Shown in pieces: positions 1-11,359 of a stretch of 35,591 nt of DNA. The notes beneath the pieces were generated by a model. That model saw only the letters and a program-made list of their open reading frames with translations, searched no databases and was not told where the DNA came from. How positions within the stretch are numbered: position 1 is the stretch's first letter; each line of letters begins with the position of its first letter. Made by a program: the position numbers and the translations under genes. The stretch comes from Octopus bimaculoides (taxonomy: Eukaryota), in NCBI RefSeq assembly GCF_001194135.2, contig NC_068999.1:35392963-35428553 (forward strand). The letters are read 5' to 3'.

Positions 1-71
<71 letters not shown>

Positions 72-326
72 CTGTGTGTGTCTGTGTGTGTATGCATATA
101 TGTATGCATGTATGTATGACCGTATACTCGTATGTATGTCTGTAGGTATGTATATTGCAGCGGCAGGACGTAAGTCTGAATAGTGACAAAGAGATGTCTA
201 CACTATCACAAATATTCAGCAATGTTTATAGTTGCACAATAATTGGAACGTGAATAAACATACACACTCACACACACACATACATAAATCTATACATATA
301 CACACACATAATATATACATAATTAC

Positions 327-363
<37 letters not shown>
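1..363. repeat. (TA)n/(TG)n/(CA)n microsatellite mosaic flanking an 840-N gap (364-1203)
   Basis: Direct reading of the sequence. Confidence 0.95.
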
Positions 364-364
<1 letters not shown>

Positions 365-1217
365 NNNNNNNNNNNNNNNNNNNNNNNNNNNNNNNNNNNN
401 NNNNNNNNNNNNNNNNNNNNNNNNNNNNNNNNNNNNNNNNNNNNNNNNNNNNNNNNNNNNNNNNNNNNNNNNNNNNNNNNNNNNNNNNNNNNNNNNNNNN
501 NNNNNNNNNNNNNNNNNNNNNNNNNNNNNNNNNNNNNNNNNNNNNNNNNNNNNNNNNNNNNNNNNNNNNNNNNNNNNNNNNNNNNNNNNNNNNNNNNNNN
601 NNNNNNNNNNNNNNNNNNNNNNNNNNNNNNNNNNNNNNNNNNNNNNNNNNNNNNNNNNNNNNNNNNNNNNNNNNNNNNNNNNNNNNNNNNNNNNNNNNNN
701 NNNNNNNNNNNNNNNNNNNNNNNNNNNNNNNNNNNNNNNNNNNNNNNNNNNNNNNNNNNNNNNNNNNNNNNNNNNNNNNNNNNNNNNNNNNNNNNNNNNN
801 NNNNNNNNNNNNNNNNNNNNNNNNNNNNNNNNNNNNNNNNNNNNNNNNNNNNNNNNNNNNNNNNNNNNNNNNNNNNNNNNNNNNNNNNNNNNNNNNNNNN
901 NNNNNNNNNNNNNNNNNNNNNNNNNNNNNNNNNNNNNNNNNNNNNNNNNNNNNNNNNNNNNNNNNNNNNNNNNNNNNNNNNNNNNNNNNNNNNNNNNNNN
1001 NNNNNNNNNNNNNNNNNNNNNNNNNNNNNNNNNNNNNNNNNNNNNNNNNNNNNNNNNNNNNNNNNNNNNNNNNNNNNNNNNNNNNNNNNNNNNNNNNNNN
1101 NNNNNNNNNNNNNNNNNNNNNNNNNNNNNNNNNNNNNNNNNNNNNNNNNNNNNNNNNNNNNNNNNNNNNNNNNNNNNNNNNNNNNNNNNNNNNNNNNNNN
1201 NNNTATATATATATATA

Positions 1218-1261
<44 letters not shown>

Positions 1262-1467
1262 ATGTACATATTATATATGTATATATATATATGTATATAT
1301 ATATATGTATATCTATATATATATAAATATACAGTGACATATGAATTCTTTTATATATATATGCATATATTGCATGTATATGCACATGGTTGCATATTTG
1401 TGTATGCAATAATTGTGTGAAGGAAACAATTACGTAGAAAATAGAAGGAAGCGCCACAGAAAGCCAA

Positions 1468-1624
1468 ACCGGAAATGAGTTCATCAGAGAAGTGTGTTGT
1501 ATATTTATGAAATGTGATTATGGAGTAACAAACGAATCAGATACATAATCTACTTTGTTTTACACGTTTGCTTTCCAATTTTTCTTGTTTTCGTTCTTCG
1601 TCGCCGCCATGTTTTCTTACTTCC
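1468..1624 (-). promoter_or_regulatory. Possible YY1/ETS housekeeping-type promoter or start island
   Basis: GCCGCCATGTT (YY1/Pho consensus GCCATNTT) at ~1603-1613 overlaps a minus-strand ATG GCG GCG. ETS cores at 1468-1476 (ACCGGAAAT) and 1619-1624 (GGAAGT on minus). Motif-level evidence only. Confidence 0.25.
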
Positions 1625-1639
1625 TCTCCATCCAGTCAC

Positions 1640-1747
1640 CTCTCTCTCTCTCACTTTCTCTCTTTTTCTCTCTCTTACTCTCTCACTCTCTCTCTCTCAG
1701 ACATCTTCTTTTGCCTGTACATACATATACATATACATATATACACA

Positions 1748-1781
<34 letters not shown>

Positions 1782-1886
1782 GAGAGAGAGAGAGAGACAT
1801 GTGCGTGTGTATAATTCAGACATATATTTATACATATGAAACACGCACACACATCTATATATGTGTGTACATACACACACACACAT

Positions 1887-1926
<40 letters not shown>

Positions 1927-1936
1927 NNNNNNNNNN

Positions 1937-1984
<48 letters not shown>

Positions 1985-2130
1985 ATGTATATATGCTTAC
2001 ATACGTACATTTGTATTTACACGTTTACACACCCACTCACATATATATATACACATGTGTACGCATATTTATAGGTGTTTGCATATATGTGTATGTGTGA
2101 ATGTATGTATGTGTATATGTATGTATAAGC
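1640..2130. repeat. (CT)n,(TA)n,(GA)n,(CA)n microsatellite mosaic with a 10-N gap (1927-1936)
   Basis: Direct reading. Confidence 0.95.
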
Positions 2131-3029
2131 TCATTCATTTGCGCAATATTGTCGTGACAACGAAAGACAAAAAGTCTGTATTAAGAAATATTTCCATTCT
2201 TTAGTACTAAATGAAAGTCTAGAACTGGCTTCCATGAATGTGGAATGGCGTGTGGTGCCTTCATCAAGAAGAAATATTCATTCCTTTGAAAAAAATTATT
2301 TCAATATTCTTTCTACAGATTAAAATTAGTAACAGAAATGAATTTGTATGTGTTATATTGTCTTTTGTTTTATTTTATATCGTGTGTGTATATGTGTGTG
2401 TGTATGTGTATGTGCATGTGTGTGTGCGCGCGCGCTTGTGCTCATGTGTGTGTGTATGTGTCTTAATGTGTGTGCATTAGTTTTCTTCAATTTTACACGT
2501 CATTAATTGGAAAGTTGGAATTAGCAGTCCTGCTATTTCATTGTAAGAAATTCTTTTAAAAATTATATTGAAGAGAAAGAGAAAGAAATAAAGAGAGAGA
2601 GAGAGAGAAAATGAGAGAGATAGAGAGAGCAGAGAGAGAGAGAGGGGGGGGATAGAGAGAAAATGGAAGGGGTAGAGACACCTGGCCAGCGGTTGTAGGT
2701 AAGCGTGTATAATTGATGGATTATATACCTCTGAATATTTTGAATTTATTTTCTATTATATATTTTAGCGAGAGTAGAAATGGTTTTGCAGGCGAAGGAA
2801 TGATTTAGCGAAAAATGAAAAACGAGATTCTTTTCAGGGTCTTTGTGGCTTATGGGAGAAAAGAAAGAAATTATCTCGATTGTCCTCAGCTAAGGGCTCC
2901 GAAATGTAGAATCGAGACTTCAAGAAGGCAACGAATCTTAGCTTAGCATCCAAGAACAGGCTTGGCCCTTCGAACAGGCCCCCATGCAGATTTTATCTCC
3001 GAAACTTCATTGACAAGTCTTCAGCCAAT

Positions 3030-3320
3030 CGGAAGCAGTCGCCGGAGGTGTTGGGCACTCAGATCAAGCCTGAAACAAGTGACTTCATAACCATCATAGT
3101 CGTTGTTTGTTCAAAATCTAGGCGTAAATTGAACTTAGTTTGTTGGGACTGCTCTCTTTTCTAGCTGATTTAAAAAACATAGATCATTCCCTTTTAGTTA
3201 ATACACTGATACACAAGCTTTTTCCGTAACCGTTGCTCTAAGAGGAGGACAAAAAATACCCCGTTTGCTGCTGGATAGGGATCTAATTTATTGAGGTAGT
3301 TCGTTTTTCATATGAAAAAT
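3030..3320 (-). mobile_element. Highly decayed non-LTR ORF1 (gag-like) relic, tentative
   Basis: Minus-strand pieces in different frames read YEKRTTSIKL ... VTCFR ... SECPTPPATA. This resembles the RRM-like plus CCHC-knuckle ORF1 at 32.2-33.1 kb with the knuckle centre deleted. Confidence 0.3.
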
Positions 3321-3592
3321 ATACTTATAACCGCTGAAACCGCATATGGATAAATTGTTGCCGGGGAATTGGAAAGTACCCACTTCTCTGGATTGAGCAG
3401 CTGTACCGTAGACTCTAAGCCGCTACCCTTTCAGTCTATTTACATTTAGAGGGGACATGAGTCTAATTCTCCCCCATTTGCTTCATTCTGTTTTTCTTTT
3501 CGTTTTCCGGTTTTCAGCCTTCCACCTATTACATCTACCCCTTGTTGCCTTTTCTCATTTTTTCTCTCATCTTATCGTCTTGTTTTAAGGTC

Positions 3593-4578
3593 GTGACAAA
3601 AGAGCATATTCAGTGTATTTTGCTTTATGAGTCCAATAAATGCAACAATACAAGTTAAAGTCCGAGGAATATTAACGAAGTATATGGGAATCGAACGATA
3701 AGCGTAAGTCAAAGTCAGCGATGGTTCTAGAAATTCCGAACCGGGAACTACAGATTAGAAGACGAGCCTTGTCCTGGAAGATTTGTACAGTTCGATGAGG
3801 ACGTCCTGCAAATCCTGGTGAAACAAAATCCTATCATAACTACTGGGGAACTATCAGAGAAGCTTGGATTTGGTCATTCAGCCATTCATCGACACATACT
3901 TGTCACCAGAAAAGTCAGCAAATTGGGTTAATGGGTTCCTCACAAACTTTCCGATTCTAATCACGCGCAGAGAGTGAATGTGTGCTCTCCTTTGCTGTCA
4001 TGTCTCACGAATGAACCTTTTTGGACCGAATAGTAACTGGTGGCGCGAAATATGTTCTCTATAAAAATGTCAAGCACCGGAGACAGTGGGTAGGGAAAGG
4101 ACAAACACCGGCACCCCAGGCTGAAGAAGGTCTTCACCCACGTAAGGTGTTGTTATGTTTGGTGGGATATGAAAGGTTTAGTCAAGTTCGAACGTTTAAA
4201 CCGAAACCAAAGGGTAACAAAGGAGATCTACTGCGAGCAGCTTGAGCGGCTTAAATCAGCGTTAGAAGAAAAACGACCATCAGGATAATGCTCGACCATG
4301 TAGAATGAGGATGACATTCCAAAGGCTGGAACAGTTTGAAAGGGAAACGATGCCCCACCCACCATATTCGCCGGATATTGCCCCATCTGATTATCATTTA
4401 TTCTGCAGTCTTCAAAATCATTTGGATGGAAAAAAATATGAAACCTGTAATCGAGATCAGAACAGTACTGGAGGTGCATTTTTCGTCATGGACAAGAGAA
4501 TTTCAGAAGGTACTTGCAAGTCTACCTGATAGATGGAAAAGCATTGTAAAAAATGAAGGAGAGTGTATTTTAGATTAA
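3593..4578 (+). pseudogene. Mariner (Tc1/mariner D,D34D, Mos1/Hsmar-like) transposase pseudogene
   Basis: Manual translation: VTKEHIQCILLYE..QRWF*KFRTGNYRLEDEP..GR..ELSEKLG..WVPHKL..DRIVTG(G)AKY..LHPRKVLLC..WWDMKG..QDNARP..HPPYSPDIAPSDYHLF..LPDRWKSIVKNEGE. Contains several stops, frameshifts (e.g. ~4021) and a deletion before DNARP. The first catalytic Asp reads Gly. Confidence 0.95.
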
Positions 4579-4629
4579 AAAATAACCTTGTTTATCTCAA
4601 TTTTGAAAAATAAAAGAAGTATAAAAACA

Positions 4630-4657
4630 CGCACATTATTTATGGGATGATCCAATA
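4630..4657 (+). mobile_element. Probable right terminal inverted repeat of the mariner element
   Basis: GCACATTATTTATGGGATGATCCAATA lies ~50 bp after the transposase stop and ends in TA (the mariner target dinucleotide). No matching left TIR found. Confidence 0.6.
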
Positions 4658-4730
4658 TTTACTAAATAATATTTATCTCTCACCAGAGGGAGTACATTTT
4701 CTGTTGATTTTACCATCGCGGAACAGTACG

Positions 4731-4732
<2 letters not shown>

Positions 4733-4819
<87 letters not shown>

Positions 4820-4852
4820 TGTCTGTGTGTGTGTGTGTCTGTGTGTGTGTGT
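4733..4852. repeat. (TA)n(TG)n microsatellite
   Basis: Direct reading. Confidence 0.95.
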
Positions 4853-5583
4853 AATCCATGAATGGAATTTATGAAGATTATAATGCGTCACTACGCGTGT
4901 TATCACAGATCGCATGTTTCTTACGATCATAGTCTGTTTTCCTGTGATGATAACAATATAGTCCGTAGTGTCCATAGATATCGGTAGATCATATTAATAT
5001 GTTCATTCCTCATACGATATGGTATTAACTGGGAAGCACCGAATGTATAACTGAAGGTAGAGTTTATCAATTTTCACCAATGAAACAGTTGATTGGGGTA
5101 TGTTGGTAGTTCTGTGTCTATTTCATGGAGAGGAAGGTGATGTAAAGAGAGAAAGGAATGACAATTATAAAAGAGAGGGAGGTGTGTGTGGTGATGTTAG
5201 ACGCGTTTGATCCACCCGGTATCCATCGATGCTATGGACTATACAATTACCATCCCAGGAATACGGACCACCATTGTAAGAAACCTGTGATCTGAGGACA
5301 CGCGCGCTGCGATGCATTAAAATATTTATAAATTCCATCCATGGATTATTATCATTATTATTATATTTAGCATGTATTATATCGGCACATCTCGGTACAA
5401 CCGCATAAAACCGCTATTGCTAGTTGGTACCATAAGGCTGTAGCCGACATAATAAAATAGGAGCTATTATAGGTCTACTCAAAAGCGTTTTTCGTAAACG
5501 AGTTTAATGGATATATATACATATATATATGTGTATATGTATATACTAATACATATGTATTTACATACTAATACACGCACACG

Positions 5584-5630
<47 letters not shown>

Positions 5631-5779
5631 TCACACACATACATACACATATCTATTAATAATTGTCTGTGTGTATACGTATGTACACTCGTGTGATTGT
5701 ATATAAAGTACAAATTAGATTTATACTCATATCTGTCTATTATCGCTACTTCCCTCCGTTTTCAATGGTGGATACCCCC

Positions 5780-6110
5780 AGCAGTTAGCGACGAGGGTTC
5801 GGTTGTTCACTCAACTAAATATCCTGCACAGATCTTAATGTGCCAATGACTGAGTATACCACAGGCACGTGTACGCTTAACGTAATTCTCAGGCAGAATC
5901 AGAGTGACACTGTGAAAACGTTGTACTTTTGAATTCCGGGCAGAAGCCATCTGCCAGGATTCTATGCAGTTTCTGCGTATATAGTTTCATTCAAAAGCTA
6001 CGGGTCGACTCGTTGTTATATAGAAAATTACATTTGCCCTAGAAGCCACGCAGTGGGATCAAACTCGCGACCTTGAAGTAGCGAAGCAAATTCACAACCA
6101 TTCAATGAGC
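5780..6110 (-). mobile_element. Diverged SINE with family-B head and family-C 3' half
   Basis: Reverse complement has a B-like head (gatcccactgcgtggc..gggcaaatgt..gtcgacc..aaactg) joined to a C-like 3' half (gaattcaaaag..gtgtcac..tacgttaagcgtacacgtg..ctcagtca..gaaccctcgtcg). Confidence 0.6.
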
Positions 6111-6496
6111 ATCACCTCTAAATGTATGCATGTGTTTGTGCGCGTGTCTGTGTGTCTGTGTGTGTGCGAGCGTGCGTTTTGTATGAGCATAAGAGTTTCA
6201 TAGTTCGTGTGAAATGTTGAAATGAGTTCTCCAGGAAGCTATTGCGATAAACATATTTTCATGAACATCAATGCAACAATAATATCGAAACAAAGAATTG
6301 CAGCTTCATTGAAAATATTGGTTGGTTCCTTAATGTTCCTGCAAGGTACGAGGATAAAGACTTCTAAAATTCTTTGATCATTCTTTAACTGTTATACTTT
6401 GTTTAAAGATATTTTACCCGAAATATAATCAGCCATTACATACTTTCCATGGTAAACAACAATATCCTTATTGTTAATATTATTTGACTGTTTAAA

Positions 6497-6705
6497 GCGG
6501 TGAGCTAGCAGAACGGTTAGCGTGCCGGGCAACATGCTTAACAACCTGTCGTCCGTCTTTGCGTTCTGAGTTCAAGCACCGCCAGGGTCGACTTTGCTTT
6601 TCATCCTTTCGGAGTCGATAGAATACGTACCAGTTGAGTACTGGAGTCAATGTAATCGACGTAGATCCTCCACCGAAACTACTGGCCTTGTGTTAAAATC
6701 TGAAA
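6497..6705 (+). mobile_element. tRNA-derived SINE, family A
   Basis: A-box-like TAGCAGAACGGTTAG, B-box-like GAGTTCAA, core GTCGACTTTGC(C/T)TTTCATCCTTTCGG, hairpin GTC(G/A)ATGTAATCGAC. Homologous to more than 10 other copies in the window. Confidence 0.85.
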
Positions 6706-7060
6706 ACATTATTACGCTTGTATTTATTAACTTATTTGTATCGAAGTAGATTTCTCTGTAAAAGAAATCAGTTCCGCAAATAGATGTAAAATTGATGTTG
6801 TGTCCCTTTTATCACACAGGACTTAGTGGTTTGGGAAACAGATATCGACAAAATGACTTCATAATTGTAATATATTATGTTGATGGGAGATTCAGACTTC
6901 TTAAAGATACTCCAATATGACTACGGTCCAATGACTGAAAACATGTGCGCGCACATGCTCACACATAACCGAGAGACAGACAAACAAACAGACAGATAGA
7001 TAGATATCGAAATACAATAATCGCTTTCAAACGTGAGTGGGCACATACATATGCGCACCT

Positions 7061-7272
7061 ACTTGTAGAATCATTTGCGCTTCAGACATAATGCTTAGTG
7101 TCATTTCTTCTAGCTCTTTACGTTTTTAGTTCAAATCCTGCCGAGGTCAAATTTTCCTATCCCCTTTTCTTTTTGGGGTCGATAAAATAAAATGATTGGA
7201 GTCGATGTAATCGATATAATCCATCACCACTTACCCTGAAACCGATTTCTGGCTTTGAACTAAAATTTGAAA
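7061..7272 (+). mobile_element. SINE family A, diverged
   Basis: tagttcaaatcctgccgaggtc..ggggtcgataaaata..gtcgatgtaatcga. Confidence 0.75.
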
Positions 7273-7293
7273 GAATTTATTACCAACAATATT

Positions 7294-7440
7294 CACACAC
7301 ATCCATCTACACTCATACTCACCAACTGCACTTGTACACATCCAGTTACATTTATGCATACCAGCTACACTCATACTCACAAACTATACTCATACACATC
7401 TAGATACATTCATACACATCCAGCTACAGTCACACTCCAC
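7294..7440. repeat. Degenerate ~20-bp minisatellite (consensus CATACACATCCAGCTACACT), ~7 units
   Basis: Manual alignment of successive units. Confidence 0.6.
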
Positions 7441-7844
7441 ACCAAAACAGCAAAAAATACAGAACAAGCCCTTGACAAATATCTACACTTTCATATTTAT
7501 ACACACTCACACATATACTTACACACACATACAAGCATATACACACCCAGATACATATATACATTCGGGGGTGGGGGGTGAAACAGTCGGACATAAAGAC
7601 GGAAAGAGAAGAGTAAAAGCGCAACAGGTAGGTTTAATGTGTTTCAGATCGCGGTGGTCTCGCTAGTAAAATGACACATCTAACCGGAAGTAAGTAAGTA
7701 ATGTCCACCCTAACCAAGTGATTACTGAACTGAAAGTGTTCAGCAATGGCGACGATGTAACTTCATTTCCTTTATTGGTTTATAGCAGACATTAATAATG
7801 GAGAAGAACAAATTACATAGAGTCACTAGCAATATCAACTACTG

Positions 7845-8767
7845 GTGTTCTTGGCATTGTTGTTACTGTGGGCGTTGTTGTTGTTGTCGGTGGTAGTAGT
7901 GGTGGTGGTGGTGGTGGTGGTGGTGGTGNNNNNNNNNNNNNNNNNNNNNNNNNNNNNNNNNNNNNNNNNNNNNNNNNNNNNNNNNNNNNNNNNNNNNNNN
8001 NNNNNNNNNNNNNNNNNNNNNNNNNNNNNNNNNNNNNNNNNNNNNNNNNNNNNNNNNNNNNNNNNNNNNNNNNNNNNNNNNNNNNNNNNNNNNNNNNNNN
8101 NNNNNNNNNNNNNNNNNNNNNNNNNNNNNNNNNNNNNNNNNNNNNNNNNNNNNNNNNNNNNNNNNNNNNNNNNNNNNNNNNNNNNNNNNNNGGCTGTGCT
8201 GCTGTTGGAGCCTGTGGAGTTTGGGGTGACCATCAGAGTTTTGGAGGCGGAGTTGTGTTGCTGGGTGTTAGTGGTTGAGGGAATAATAGTTGAGTGTTAA
8301 CGACGATGATGATAATAATGTGGAAGATGATGATGAAGACGACAACGACGACGTTAATGATGATGATGATGATGATGATGATCATGATAGTCGTGGTGGT
8401 GGTGGTGCTTGTGGTGCTGGTGGTGGTGGTGGCGGTGACGGTGGTGGTGGTGGAAATGGTGGTGTTGGTGGTGTTGGTAGAACTGCCATAGCGAAAATCA
8501 TGTTGGCGTAATTGTTTTTGTTACTTTTTCATACTGTTGCAGTTGTTCTTGCTGCTAGAAATGGTATTTGGAGGTGTTAGTTATGCTTGTCATAATGGGG
8601 TTACTTCACTCTCGAATGTGTTGCATGGGCGTTGGACTTCCTAGTGGTAGTTATCAATGATTACGTTGTAGGTGTGTCTTAACGGTAGGCGCTCTGGTGC
8701 GCGACATTTTTTGCTGATATTGACAGAGACGTTCTTGTTCATATTATTATCATTGACTCTAGTAGTG

Positions 8768-8835
<68 letters not shown>

Positions 8836-8890
8836 GGTGGTGGCGGTGGTAGTGGTGGTGGTGGTGGTGGTGATGATGGTCAACACGGCG
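7845..8890. repeat. Trinucleotide low-complexity tract (GTT/GGT/GAT/AGT) with gap 7929-8191
   Basis: Direct reading, e.g. (AGT)n 8761-8826. Confidence 0.9.
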
Positions 8891-9669
8891 GTGGCATGAG
8901 TCGCAGCGACGTTGCTATTTTATCTATTTAATGGGATGGAGTTCTTGCTCAAATTAATAGTCGAGTTGGTAATGATTCTATTAGTGCTCACGCTCTTCGT
9001 GTTGTTACTGTCGCAATATATTTTTCTGGATGTGGTCATATGTATGTGTGTGCATATATACATATGTATATATGTATATNNNNNNNNNNNNNNNNNNNNN
9101 NNNNNNNNNNNNNNNNNNNNNNNNNNNNNNNNNNNNNNNNNNNNNNNNNNNNNNNNNNNNNNNNNNNNNNNNNNNNNNNNNNNNNNNNNNNNNNNNNNNN
9201 NNNNNNNNNNNNNNNNNNNNNNNNNNNNNNNNNNNNNNNNNNNNNNNNNNNNNNNNNNNNNNNNNNNNNNNNNNNNNNNNNNNNNNNNNNNNNNNNNNNN
9301 NNNNNNNNNNNNNNNNNNNNNNNNNNNNNNNNNNNNNNNNNNNNNNNNNNNNNNNNNNNNNNNNNNNNNNNNNNNNNNNNNNNNNNNNNNNNNNNNNNNN
9401 NNNNNNNNNNNNNNNNNNNNNNNNNNNNNNNNNNNNNNNNNNNNNNNNNNNNNNNNNNNNNNNNNNNNNNNNNNNNNNNNNNNNNNNNNNNNNNNNNNNN
9501 NNNNNNNNNNNNNNNNNNNNNNNNNNNNNNNNNNNNNNNNNNNNNNNNNNNNNNNNNNNNNNNNNNNNNNNNNNNNNNNNNNNNNNNNNNNNNNNNNNNN
9601 NNNNNNNNNNNNNNNNNNNNNNNNNNNNNNNNNNNNNNNNNNNNNNNNNNNNNNNNNNNNNNNNNNNNN

Positions 9670-9701
<32 letters not shown>

Positions 9702-10195
9702 CACACACACATACACACACATACACACATATATATATAGACATATTTATACACATACACATATGCATGTATCCATCATGGTAATTTCCCCAAAGATCAA
9801 TTCACTTATTGACCATAGCGACGAGTGTCAATTTTACGACAGGAGACCAATTGTTCTTACTGCAAGGAATTCAGTCTACCGGAAGTGGAGCCGGCGGGAA
9901 ACTTACTCTTCTCATAGACACCATTCCAAATGATATATCCATTTTATTGCCAAATTCATTCCTTATTACACTTCACACCGGGCAAGCCATACTCTTTTGC
10001 GTCTGTACGAGTGCGTGTATGTGTATGCTTGTGTGTGTATGTGTGTGTGTGTGTGTGTGTGTAAGTGTATGTGTGTGTGTGTGTGTATACATACGTGTAT
10101 ATGTACATGCATATATATTTGTATATATATATACCAGCCACATACATATAAACGAGACACCTTCTCACACACACACACACACACACATACACATA

Positions 10196-10335
10196 CGCAC
10201 ACAAGCACGCACCGTTATACATACACAGATTAATGGTAATATAATCATTGCATATACACACACAAAAAAGTGCAAAAGAAAAATAAAACAAATGAAAAAC
10301 AAATCTTACCAGAAACCTCGTTAAAATATTAACAT

Positions 10336-10370
<35 letters not shown>

Positions 10371-10626
10371 NNNNNNNNNNNNNNNNNNNNNNNNNNCAAC
10401 ACACACACACACACAGACACACACACACATGTATACATATATATATATATATATGTATACATGTGTGTGTGTGTCTGTGTGTGTGTGTGTGTTGTTTTAA
10501 CGAGGTTTCTGGTAAGATTTTTTTCATTTGTTTTATGTTTCTTTTGTAGTTTGTTTTTGTGTGTGTATGTCCGATGATTATATTAGTATTAATTTGCGTA
10601 TATATACGGGTACGTGCTTGTGTGCG
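10196..10626. repeat. Inverted repeat: arms 10196-10326 and 10495-10626, roughly 80% identical
   Basis: Both arms (one reverse-complemented) share cgcacacaagcacg..taatataatcat..ataaaacaaatgaaaa(ac)aaatcttaccagaaacctcgttaaaa. Confidence 0.9.
10397..10494. repeat. Perfect 98-bp palindrome starting exactly at a contig edge
   Basis: Checked block by block: equals its own reverse complement, centred on (AT)n. Confidence 0.95.
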
Positions 10627-10793
10627 TGTGTGTGTATGTGTGAGTATGTGTCTGGTTTCTGTCCACAGCTTCCTATCTTTCTGTCTGTGTTTCTCGCTCT
10701 TTCTCACTGTCTCTCGTCTGTCCCCCTCTCTTCTTCTCGCTCTTTCTCCCTCTTTCTCTCACTGTCTCTCCACTCTCTGTGTCTTTCTCGCTG

Positions 10794-10829
<36 letters not shown>

Positions 10830-11359
10830 ACTCAATACACACCCATACACACTCTCACACGCCCACACAGACACACATATCTATGTTTCAACATCAATAT
10901 ACATATACACATGCGTGCACACACACACACACGCACGCACACACACACACACACACTTACGTATGTACGTGTTTTTGTTTATGCATTTATGCGAGTATAT
11001 GTGTTTTTTGTGTTTGTTCGTGTGCCAGTATGTGTGTGTATATGCGTGTCATTGTATCTGAATTTCTTTGTATACAATATGACTATGTATACATATGTAT
11101 ATTCGGGTGCGTGTGTGCGTCTTTGCTCCTGTGATATCCTTTAATTGCTGTAATTACTGTAAATAAATAATCATTTACATTACACTCTCTTCTTTTACTT
11201 CTTTGCATTTTGCTTCTTCTTCTTTGTTCTATTCTATTTTGTTCTTCATCAATTTATTTCTCCTCCTCCTTCACCTCCCTTTTGCTATCATTATTACTGT
11301 TATTGCTATTGTTGATACTGTTGTCTTATTATTGTTGTTGTTTTGTCTGTTATTATTAT

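Noticed and set aside
216-1484. Long ORFs spanning N-runs (also 8912-9933, 17213-18907, 20241-21404, 22148-23426, 24692-25436, 29337-29955)
   Set aside because: They are open only because NNN never reads as a stop; flanks are microsatellite translations
3178-3200. catagatcattccc as the left mariner TIR
   Set aside because: Too little identity to the right TIR, and ~400 bp of unrelated sequence intervenes
9809-9965. Unique patch with open frames on + and a minus-strand GTAAGT donor at 9906
   Set aside because: No convincing acceptor on either strand and no recognisable peptide
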